A DNA stretch of 64,000 nt, from assembly GCA_963422395.1 (NCBI GenBank), contig OY729431.1, positions 2,464,001 to 2,528,000 of the forward strand. The letters are read 5' to 3'. Position numbers and translations under genes: made by a program. This document shows, one piece after another, positions 49,863 to 57,468 of this stretch; within the stretch, counting starts at the first letter, position 1, and every line of letters starts with the position of its first letter. Source of the DNA: Vicinamibacteria bacterium. Its GTDB lineage: Bacteria; Acidobacteriota; Vicinamibacteria; Marinacidobacterales; Marinacidobacteraceae. The notes under the pieces were generated by a model. The model searched no databases, was not told the DNA's origin, and saw only the letters and a list, made by a program, of their open reading frames with translations.

Positions 49863-50343
49863 ATGTCCGCTACCAACTTCAACACCCGCAACGACACTTG
49901 GCGCAAACTGATGGCGAACGGCTTGAGTTACCGGGTGCCGAGGTTCCATAAGGGACTACAACTGGGGCCCGGAAGAGTGGGAGGATCTCTGGCAGGACAT
50001 CCTCGCCACCGTCGCACCGGGAGGCGAACCGGCTCATTACTTGGGCTACCTGGTTCTGCGCACCGACGACGAGAAACGCTTCGACGTCATTGACGGTCAG
50101 CAGCGCCTGACCACTCTCAGCATCCTGGTGCTGGCCGGGCTGCGCAGGCTCCGAGACACGATCGAAGCAGAGGAATCAGTCGAGGAGACGAAAAAGCGCC
50201 TCGATGGATTGCGCGGAGCGCACATCGGTTATATGGATCCGGTAACTCTGGTATCGGAAGCGAAACTGAAGCTGAATCGAAACAACGACCACTACTTCCA
50301 GACCTACCTGATACCTCTGGTTAAACCTTTGCCCCCGCGATGA
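49863..50343 (+). pseudogene. DUF262 (GmrS/ParB-like) protein pseudogene, frameshifted and truncated
   Basis: YRVPRF|RDYNW..EWEDLWQD across a frameshift at ~49948; VIDGQQRLTTL; cut at ~50335 by IS sequence. Confidence 0.85.
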
Positions 50344-50543
50344 CTGCAGGGGCGCGCGGCGGCGGTCGGCGCCGCGCTTTTCGCCTACCGGAGCCGGGAA
50401 ACGCCCGCCTGGGCCTGGATAGCGCCCTGTCGGGCGGTTTTCCCGCGCAGACCGCGCCCGCACGCCGTACTGCGCCGATCACGGCACCCCCTCCGGGGCC
50501 GCTGATCCTCACCGATTACAGCAGTTTTTCCACAGGCTGCTAA
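50335..50543 (+). mobile_element. Second copy of the 3' end of the IS1182-like element
   Basis: Near-identical to the reverse complement of ~44180-44400 (12-bp internal deletion); ends AGTTTTTCCACAGGCTG-CTAA. Confidence 0.9.
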
Positions 50544-50573
50544 CCTGAGGCGGACGTACACTCCGCCCTCGCC

Positions 50574-51449
50574 ATGCCCGAAAACACCCTGCTCGACACT
50601 CTGGCAGAGGAGGCCCGGCCCCTGATCTCCGGAGAAGACGGCGAGGGCCCCGAACTCGTCCCCCTCGACCCGGAGCACCCGGGATTCCGCGACCCGGCCT
50701 ACCGCGCGCGCCGGAATGCCATCGCCCGCCTCGCCTTCGGCCACACACCGGGGGATCCGGCCCCAACGGTCGCCTACACCGACGAAGAGCACGGCGTCTG
50801 GCGGCAGGTGCGGGAGCTGCTCGACCCGCGGCACCGCGTCTCCGCCAATTCCGAATACCTCGAGTGCGCGGCCGCGGCGGCGCTCGATCCGGAGCGGATT
50901 CCACAACTCGAAGAAGTGAACGCGCGCATCCGTGCGATCAGTGGATTCCGGATGCAGCCGGTGGCGGGGCTGGTCACTGCGCGCGCTTTCCTCTCGTGCC
51001 TGGCGGACCGCATATTCCTCGCCACCCAGTACATCCGCCACCCGAGCCGTCCGCTCTATACCCCGGAGCCCGATGTCATCCACGAACTCGTGGGGCACGC
51101 CGCATCGTTCGCCCATCCGGCGTATTCCGAGTTGAGCGCACACTTCGGCCGCGCCGCGCGGGCGGCGGACGAGGAGGAGGTCGAGCGGATCGCCCGGCTC
51201 TACTGGTTCACCCTGGAGTTCGGAGCGGCTCTCGAAGACGGTACCCCCAAGGCCTACGGCGCCGGCCTCCTCTCCTCGGTCGGCGAACTGGACCGACTCG
51301 CCGAGGTCGAGCTGCGCCGCTTCGACTGCCGAACGATGGCGGAGACCCCGTTCGACCCAACGGATTTCCAGCCGTTCTATTTCGTGGCACCGAGCTTCGC
51401 CGCCATGAAGGAGGGAGTCAGCGCATACCTGCGCCGTTACGCCGACTGA
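50574..51449 (+). CDS. phhA: Phenylalanine 4-monooxygenase (biopterin-dependent aromatic amino acid hydroxylase)
   Basis: HPGFRDPAYRARR, TQYIRH, YTPEPDVIHELVGH, YWFTLEFG, KAYGAGLLSS, FQPFYFV. Confidence 0.93.
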   Translation: MPENTLLDTLAEEARPLISGEDGEGPELVPLDPEHPGFRDPAYRARRNAIARLAFGHTPGDPAPTVAYTDEEHGVWRQVRELLDPRHRVSANSEYLECAAAAALDPERIPQLEEVNARIRAISGFRMQPVAGLVTARAFLSCLADRIFLATQYIRHPSRPLYTPEPDVIHELVGHAASFAHPAYSELSAHFGRAARAADEEEVERIARLYWFTLEFGAALEDGTPKAYGAGLLSSVGELDRLAEVELRRFDCRTMAETPFDPTDFQPFYFVAPSFAAMKEGVSAYLRRYAD

Positions 51450-51477
51450 CCGCTCGGGCGCGCCGCGCTCTTTTCCA

Positions 51478-51915
51478 TCACTCGCTACCAGACCCTTTCG
51501 AGCGCGCAGCACGACCGACCCCGACTCCGACCCCGAGGGGGACGGAAGTCCAGAGTCCTAGTGCCAGAGGGAGACGAAGTCCCTCGATCGGAAGGAGGAA
51601 CGGGCCGTTCAGACGCCCGGTGAGGATCGCCGTGATCAGCCAGGCGCCGGCTCCGAATGTGATTCCGAGCCCGCCACCGAGAACGAGCCAGTCTCGAAAC
51701 CTCGACTCGAAGAGAGTCCCCAGCCGAGTTCCGATGTGCACCCAAACCGGGAAGCCGAGCAGTATCCCGAAGGAAACGCCGAAACCCATCCGCAGCACAT
51801 CCCACACGGACTCACGCTCTACGGCGACTCCCCACAGAACGAGCCCGATGAAGAAGCCCAACGCCAGGCTCACCCCTGGCCTCACGACACTTGGCGCTAC
51901 TTCGGTTACCGCCAT
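51478..51915 (-). CDS. Small multi-pass membrane protein (145 aa, ~4 TM); candidate immunity/partner protein
   Basis: ATG overlaps the upstream stop (TGATG at 51917-51913); Gly-rich hydrophobic segments. Confidence 0.7.
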   Translation of the reverse strand: MAVTEVAPSVVRPGVSLALGFFIGLVLWGVAVERESVWDVLRMGFGVSFGILLGFPVWVHIGTRLGTLFESRFRDWLVLGGGLGITFGAGAWLITAILTGRLNGPFLLPIEGLRLPLALGLWTSVPLGVGVGVGRAARSKGSGSE

Positions 51916-52208
51916 CAGATCCAACAGGTAGAAAGGCAGTTGCTGAATCGATTCAGACATGCGTTCACTTCTTCGAGGTGTCTGTCGTAGCACTGTTCCA
52001 AGCAATTTTTCGCACCCCAGAACCCGCATTGGCGTGCACATGTCTCAAGGTCATCTTCCGCTGTCCGAAGGCAGTCGGAAAGATTACCGCTGCACTCGGC
52101 CACACAGTCCTGCGGATTGGGTTGGGCACGACCGACAGCTGGAATTATGAGAAGAAGAAGAAGTCCGACATATGTGAGGGAGAATAGAAAAATTCGAAAA
52201 GTCTTCAT
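51915..52208 (-). CDS. Secreted 10-Cys peptide (97 aa precursor), predicted disulfide-stapled helical hairpin
   Basis: AGGAG RBS; Sec signal MKTFRIFLFSLTYVGLLLLLIIPAVGRA; mature part has Cys spacing 3-6-10-3-7-3-10-6-3. Confidence 0.8.
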   Translation of the reverse strand: MKTFRIFLFSLTYVGLLLLLIIPAVGRAQPNPQDCVAECSGNLSDCLRTAEDDLETCARQCGFWGAKNCLEQCYDRHLEEVNACLNRFSNCLSTCWI

Positions 52209-52263
52209 GAGAGTTCTCCTGTTAGGCAGTTTCCGATGATCCATTTGGAAACAGCGGGAATCA

Positions 52264-52674
52264 CTATTCAGTCGAGAGCCGCTGCGACAGCATCTCGAAT
52301 CGTTTCACCTTCGCCTCCGTGAGGCTGGCAAGACGCGCCATCAGCTCAGCCAAATCCTCTTCTTGCATTCCACGCGTGCGAAGCATCGACTCGATTTCGC
52401 GGAATCTGGTTTCATAGAGGGCTCTGAGGTCGATCTCGGCACTCCTTCTGCTCGGGACGAGGGGAGGACCTGGTCCATCGAAGGCAACTGACGCTTCCGT
52501 AACCAGCGGCGCGTACGTCCGGGCAGTGGCCTCCGCCTGGCTCTGATCGACAGTCGCAATGGTTGGTGCCACGACCGAAGGGGTCGAGGTGTTTCCGGTA
52601 CTGTCGCAACCGGAACCGACCGACAGCGCCGCGAAGATCGCAACGAGAAGGACGAGGGGGTTCTTTCGGAACAT
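52264..52674 (-). CDS. Putative lipoprotein, unknown function
   Basis: GAGGAG RBS; MFRKNPLVLLVAIFAALSVGSGC (imperfect lipobox), S/T/P-rich linker, helical C-terminus. Confidence 0.7.
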   Translation of the reverse strand: MFRKNPLVLLVAIFAALSVGSGCDSTGNTSTPSVVAPTIATVDQSQAEATARTYAPLVTEASVAFDGPGPPLVPSRRSAEIDLRALYETRFREIESMLRTRGMQEEDLAELMARLASLTEAKVKRFEMLSQRLSTE

Positions 52675-52951
52675 GACGAGGGTCTCCTCTATGGAAAGTG
52701 TCAAGCCTTTGCTGATAGTTCGAGAAACCGGCCGAGTCGAGGACAACGGTTGCGAAGAATCACCCATCCTCGTGCGTCCTCGGTTGGGTCTCTACGAGTA
52801 CCAACTGGTTTAGCGTGCCCCAATCCAATTTTCAACAGCAGATCCCCCGAAAATATCCTTCAGGCTCGGGATGGACCGGATCGCCGTATGGATTTGACTT
52901 TCGGTCTGGTTGTCGCAAGACTGCAGGTGAGGACCTCGAAGAAGGACGCGA

Positions 52952-54073
52952 GTGGCGGTTTCGGATCTCGAAGATCGGGGTTGCTGGTTCCGTGGCGCTG
53001 CCGGTGAGAATGCGGTCGAAGACGAAGACGAACGGCTCCCCGGAGAGACCGAGGGGCTGCCGGAATCGGGCGACATCATCCCGGAGCCGCCGGTCCCGGT
53101 AGGCGGGGCGGATGACCTGGGCATCGTGGGCCTCTATCTCCGGGACACCCGCCGGTGTGGTCGGCTTACCGGGAAAGATGAACAGCGGTGCGCCCGCTCC
53201 ATGCGGAGGAACGCGCGAGGAAATCGAAAAGCCGAGCAGTCGGCCGCAGAGGCGGCCGCGTTCCATGCCAGCCGCCACCGGATGATCGAGGGGAGCCTCG
53301 GACTCGTCGTTGCGATCGCAAGGGAATACGAACACCTGGGTCTGCCGCTTGAAGACCTCATCCAGGAAGGCAACCTCGGGCTGATCGCGGCAGTGGACAA
53401 GTTCGACCCCGAGCGGAACCTGAGGCTTTCGACCTACGCCGTGACCTGGATCCGAGAAGCGATCTGCCGGGCGCTCTCCCAGAAGTCCCGGACGATCCGG
53501 ATTCCGCTCGACAAACTGGCGATTCGCCGCCGAGCGGCTAAAGTGCATGACGAGATAGAACAGCGGTACGGGAACGAGGCGTGCTGCGGTGGCTCTCGCC
53601 GGGCGCATACCCTGGAGGACGACGCCGGGGAACTCGGAGTGGATGCCGAAGTGCTGCGAACGACGATCCGGCTGGTGCCCGACATCGATCCGCTGGAGGA
53701 CCGGCCGAGCGGCAGGCCATCCCTCTTGGCGTCGCTGCCAGACCCCCAGTCGCCGAATCCGGCGGACCGGGCTGCGGCTGCGGAGCAGCAGCAGCGAGTC
53801 AGGGACGCGGTTTCCGAACTCCCGCCCCGCCTGCAGTGGATCGTGCGGCGGCGCTATGGGCTTTCCGGCGGAGAAGAAGCCGGCTTGGCGAAGGTCGGAC
53901 GCGAAGTGCGACTCTCCGCCGAGCGGGTTCGCCAGTTGCAGCGCCGAGCGCTGCGCCTGCTTCGTGGGATCCACGCTTCTTCTGCCGCGCGCACGGAACC
54001 GATCCGAGGTCGGCCCTCTCGAACCGCTTTGGCCCCTTTCGCCGGAGCGCCGCCCTTCAGATCGCCCGGATGA
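52952..54073 (+). CDS. Sigma-70 family RNA polymerase sigma factor (RpoD/RpoS-like paralog)
   Basis: LYLRD (region 1.2), LEDLIQEGNLGLIAAVDKFDPER, STYAVTWIR, SRTIRIP, RRYGL...LSAERVRQLQRRAL (region 4). Confidence 0.9.
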   Translation: MAVSDLEDRGCWFRGAAGENAVEDEDERLPGETEGLPESGDIIPEPPVPVGGADDLGIVGLYLRDTRRCGRLTGKDEQRCARSMRRNARGNRKAEQSAAEAAAFHASRHRMIEGSLGLVVAIAREYEHLGLPLEDLIQEGNLGLIAAVDKFDPERNLRLSTYAVTWIREAICRALSQKSRTIRIPLDKLAIRRRAAKVHDEIEQRYGNEACCGGSRRAHTLEDDAGELGVDAEVLRTTIRLVPDIDPLEDRPSGRPSLLASLPDPQSPNPADRAAAAEQQQRVRDAVSELPPRLQWIVRRRYGLSGGEEAGLAKVGREVRLSAERVRQLQRRALRLLRGIHASSAARTEPIRGRPSRTALAPFAGAPPFRSPG

Positions 54074-55361
54074 CGACTGCAGTGGCGTCGTCGTCCGGGG
54101 CGCCCCCCCGAAAACGACGAGCGGCGCGGACCACCGCGTCGCACACCTCCGCCGCCGGAGTGCCGAGTTCCCGTTCCCGACGCAGCAGCGCTGCGAGCCG
54201 TTTGCGGCCGTAGAGCTCTCCCCGCCGGTCCGAGGACTCGGTGATCCCATCGGTGTAGAGCGCCAGCAGATCGCCGTCCTCGAGCTGGATATCCTGTTCG
54301 AAGTAGCGCGGCGCAGGAAAGAGACCGACCGGGAGGCCCCCGGCCGGGATCTCCTCCGCCGAGCCATCGGCCCGGATCAGCAGCGGCGGCGGGTGGCCGG
54401 CATTGATGTGGATGAGGCGGCGCAGCGGGACATCGAGCACGCCGTAGAACAGGGTGGCGTACCGGCTCTCGCCGACGCTCTCATAGAGGAGCTGGTTCGT
54501 GCGTCCCAGGATCGTCCGCAGCGAGAAGTTCGAGTGGGCGAGCGAGAACACCGAGGCGCGGAGCGCCGCGACCAGGAGCGCGGCGGGGAGACCCTTGCCC
54601 GCTACATCGGCCACCGCGATCCCCCAGCGATCTTCGCCGAGCGCAACGAAGTCGTAGTAGTCCCCGCCGACCTGGGAGCAGGGCTCGTACACCGCCGCCA
54701 CTTCGAGGCCGACGAGCGACGGGTTGTCGTGCGGCAGCAGGTCGTGCAGCACCTTTCCCGCCACTTCCATCTCGGAGACCAGCTTCCGGCCCTCCACCGC
54801 CTTCTCGTAGAAGAGGATGCGTTCGATGGCGGGAGCGGTTCCGGCCGCCCAGGCGCGGAGTGCGGTTCGGTCGCGCTCGCCGAAGGCCGCCGGCCGCTGC
54901 GATTCGGCGACGACGGCACCGAGGCGGCGGCCGCCCGCCCCGAGGAGCGGGGCGACGACCGCCGAACCGGTTTCCGGGCTCAGGTCGGGATCTTCGAACG
55001 CCATCCCCCCCTGAGCCGACCCGACGAGCTCCGGCCGACCGCTCTCCATGACCTGAGCCACGACCCCGCCCGCCGGAATCTCGCAGCCATCCGGGATTTC
55101 CGTATCCACCAGCTCGCTGGCGCGGCCACGCGCCCGCCTGCAGATCAGGCTTCCGTCGAGGCCGACGATGGTGAGCGTCGCGCGGTCGCAACCCGGCAGC
55201 ACCTGGCGCAGCCCGGCGAGCACGGTGTCCGCGGTGCGCCCGATCTCCAGACTGCGCCCGACCTCCTGGAAGGCTTCGAGCAGTCGATCGGCGTTCGTTT
55301 CGAGCAGGCCCTCGGCGGTCGCCCCTCGACGGTCATCGCTGGGAAGCCGAGGAGCGGGCAC
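54057..55361 (-). CDS. GAF + SpoIIE/PP2C phosphatase (RsbU-like); start uncertain
   Basis: VGGDYYDF, ADVAGKGLPAAL, NAGHPPP, LYTDGITE, DDATAV; N-terminal GAF-like region. Confidence 0.9.
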   Translation of the reverse strand: MPAPRLPSDDRRGATAEGLLETNADRLLEAFQEVGRSLEIGRTADTVLAGLRQVLPGCDRATLTIVGLDGSLICRRARGRASELVDTEIPDGCEIPAGGVVAQVMESGRPELVGSAQGGMAFEDPDLSPETGSAVVAPLLGAGGRRLGAVVAESQRPAAFGERDRTALRAWAAGTAPAIERILFYEKAVEGRKLVSEMEVAGKVLHDLLPHDNPSLVGLEVAAVYEPCSQVGGDYYDFVALGEDRWGIAVADVAGKGLPAALLVAALRASVFSLAHSNFSLRTILGRTNQLLYESVGESRYATLFYGVLDVPLRRLIHINAGHPPPLLIRADGSAEEIPAGGLPVGLFPAPRYFEQDIQLEDGDLLALYTDGITESSDRRGELYGRKRLAALLRRERELGTPAAEVCDAVVRAARRFRGGAPDDDATAVVIRAI

Positions 55362-55408
55362 CGCCGCGTCGAGAGGCCCGGCAGCGAAACGAGAAGGGGG
55401 CAGCGCGG

Positions 55409-56077
55409 TTACCGCATCGCGAAGCAGTAGAACAGGCCGTCGCCTCCGGTTCCCTGGAGGTCCGCCTGCCCGCAGCCGCGCGAGCCGTGGGCCGAGTTCC
55501 ACGAAGAGCCGTCGTCGCCCCCGCCGACCCGGTCGTGGTGCCCCACCCGGGCGCTGCCATCGCCGGCGTTGCTCGTCCAGTCGGCACAGGTGGTGTCCCC
55601 TTCCCCCTGAAAAGCGGTCCCGTCGGCGGCGGTCCCGGTGATGATGTCGTGGCGGTTCACCTCATCGCCGCGGCCGCTGATGACTTCGCCCTTCTCGGAG
55701 ACGGAGTTCTCCTTGCTCAGCAAGTTGGCGTCGCTGTGGAGGCCGGCCCCATCCGCCGCGACCCTCACCCCGTTCGCGTTGTGCCAGGGGCCCGCGCCGA
55801 TGCGGTCTCTGGCGTCCACTGCGCCGCTGCCGGTCGTGCTCAGGTAGGCGCGCCAGGTGAGGCCGTCAGCGGCCATCGCCTCGGAAGCGAGCAGCGCGCA
55901 ATGCGAATCCGCGCCTTCGAGCCCGCCGAGGTCGGCGCCGTCGCCGGGACCACGGCTGGTGAGGAAGAAAGTCATCTCCTCCTGCGCAACACGCGCCGTC
56001 TCCGGGCTCCCCGAGGAAAATGCGAAAAGCGCCGGAACGCCGGTGGCGACCAACAGGGGCAGTGCGATGCGCTTCAT
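55409..56077 (-). CDS. Secreted lectin-like protein (C-type lectin/endostatin-like fold)
   Basis: Signal peptide; DLGGLEGADSHC, WRAYLST, ARDRIGAGPW, TCADWTS, GLFYCFA. Confidence 0.8.
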   Translation of the reverse strand: MKRIALPLLVATGVPALFAFSSGSPETARVAQEEMTFFLTSRGPGDGADLGGLEGADSHCALLASEAMAADGLTWRAYLSTTGSGAVDARDRIGAGPWHNANGVRVAADGAGLHSDANLLSKENSVSEKGEVISGRGDEVNRHDIITGTAADGTAFQGEGDTTCADWTSNAGDGSARVGHHDRVGGGDDGSSWNSAHGSRGCGQADLQGTGGDGLFYCFAMR

Positions 56078-56274
56078 GGAAGGCTCCTTTTCCGGTCGAT
56101 TCGCCGGACCCGTCATTCTAGGAGTCTTTTCGGGGGTTCGCTCGGGAAGTTACGGATGCCATCCGAGGCAGCCGGGCATGAGCGCCTCCTCCCCCCGGGG
56201 CCGACAGGTCGAACCATTGCCGCAAGGAGCAGATCCGCAGCCACCGCTCCAACTCCACCGGCGGCGCGGATTCC

Positions 56275-57363
56275 TCAGCGAAGCCGGCGGATCCCGAACC
56301 AGAGGAGCGGCAGGATGAAGACCGCCCAGAACATGTAGGTGAGGATCCGGTAGCCGATCCCGATCAGGCCCTCGAGTCCCGCCTGCGCGAGCAGGACGGC
56401 GGCCAGCAGGACGATCGTCGAAGTCACCGGCCGCAGCCAGGGCCTGAGGGCGCGGCCGCTCTCCTCCATGGCGCGGGCGGCCCGCTCGTTGACTGCGTGG
56501 ATCAGACTGGTCGCGGTTTCGATCAGGGTGCCGAACAGGATCAACTGGAAGGCGGCCGAAAGCAGCGGCGAGCCGATTCGCTCCAGCAGCACGAGTGAGG
56601 GAACGGTCTCCGCAAGCATTCCCGAGCCGAGCCCGGCGATCGCCACGAAGAAGAGCACGGCGGGGAGGATCCCGATGGGCCCGGCGAGGATTCCGGCGGT
56701 GATCGCGTCGCGCCGGGTCACCAGATGGCGGCCGCAGAAGAGCACCGCCGGCAGCGTGCCCACGTTGTAGGCCATGTATTCCGCTCCGCCGAGCGCCCAG
56801 TCACGGGTCGCGGCGCCGTCCCGGAGGGCGGCCGCGATGTCCGGCCCGAAGGAGCGGAAGGCGGCGAACAGCACCACCCCATAGACGGCATAGAGGGCGA
56901 GCGACCAGAAGGAGAGGAAGTTCTCTACCGCTGCCGTACCCCGGAGGACCAGCCAGCCCACCGCCAGCATGATGCCGGCTACCCCGGCGGCATAGGGAAG
57001 GCCCAGCGAGCGGGAGGCGATTTCGCCGCCGGCGGCGGCCACCACCGAAACCACCGCCAGCATGGCGGCGAGATAGGTGACTTCGTAGAGCCAATACCCC
57101 CGGCCCAGGAGTTCCCGGGCGAAGCTCCGGTAGTCGTAGGCGCGGGCCCGCCGGGCGATCTCGAAAGTCAGCGCGCAGACCACCGACCAGAGCGGCACGG
57201 TCACCAGGAGCATCCCCAGCAGGCCCCCCAGGACTCCCTTGCTCAGGAAGAAGTCCACCAGCTCGCGGCCGGTGCCGTACCCGCCGGCGATGATCATGGA
57301 CTGGAAGCAGAATCCCGGCAGCAGAATCCTTCGGAACCAGTTGGAACGGAGGGGGTTTCGCAT
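56275..57363 (-). CDS. YkvI-like membrane protein (APC-superfamily-like)
   Basis: IAGGYGTGRELVDFF motif; ~10 TM. Confidence 0.82.
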   Translation of the reverse strand: MRNPLRSNWFRRILLPGFCFQSMIIAGGYGTGRELVDFFLSKGVLGGLLGMLLVTVPLWSVVCALTFEIARRARAYDYRSFARELLGRGYWLYEVTYLAAMLAVVSVVAAAGGEIASRSLGLPYAAGVAGIMLAVGWLVLRGTAAVENFLSFWSLALYAVYGVVLFAAFRSFGPDIAAALRDGAATRDWALGGAEYMAYNVGTLPAVLFCGRHLVTRRDAITAGILAGPIGILPAVLFFVAIAGLGSGMLAETVPSLVLLERIGSPLLSAAFQLILFGTLIETATSLIHAVNERAARAMEESGRALRPWLRPVTSTIVLLAAVLLAQAGLEGLIGIGYRILTYMFWAVFILPLLWFGIRRLR

Positions 57364-57468
57364 CGGCGGGCCGGGGGGCGGGCACCGAGGATACCGGCTG
57401 CCGAGCCCAGGAAGCTGCGGCCGGACAGGGCCCGCCTCGCCGGGAAGGCGAACCGCTGCCGCCCGGGG

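Noticed and set aside
51915-52208. Cys-rich peptide as a sactipeptide/ranthipeptide/lanthipeptide RiPP precursor or a cytochrome
   Set aside because: It has a Sec-type signal rather than a RiPP leader, no radical SAM or Lan enzyme nearby, no CxxCH, and an even symmetric Cys count that favours disulfides
52828-52841. TTTTCAACAGCAG as another IS end bounding the islet
   Set aside because: Match too short and lacks the GCTGCTAG terminus
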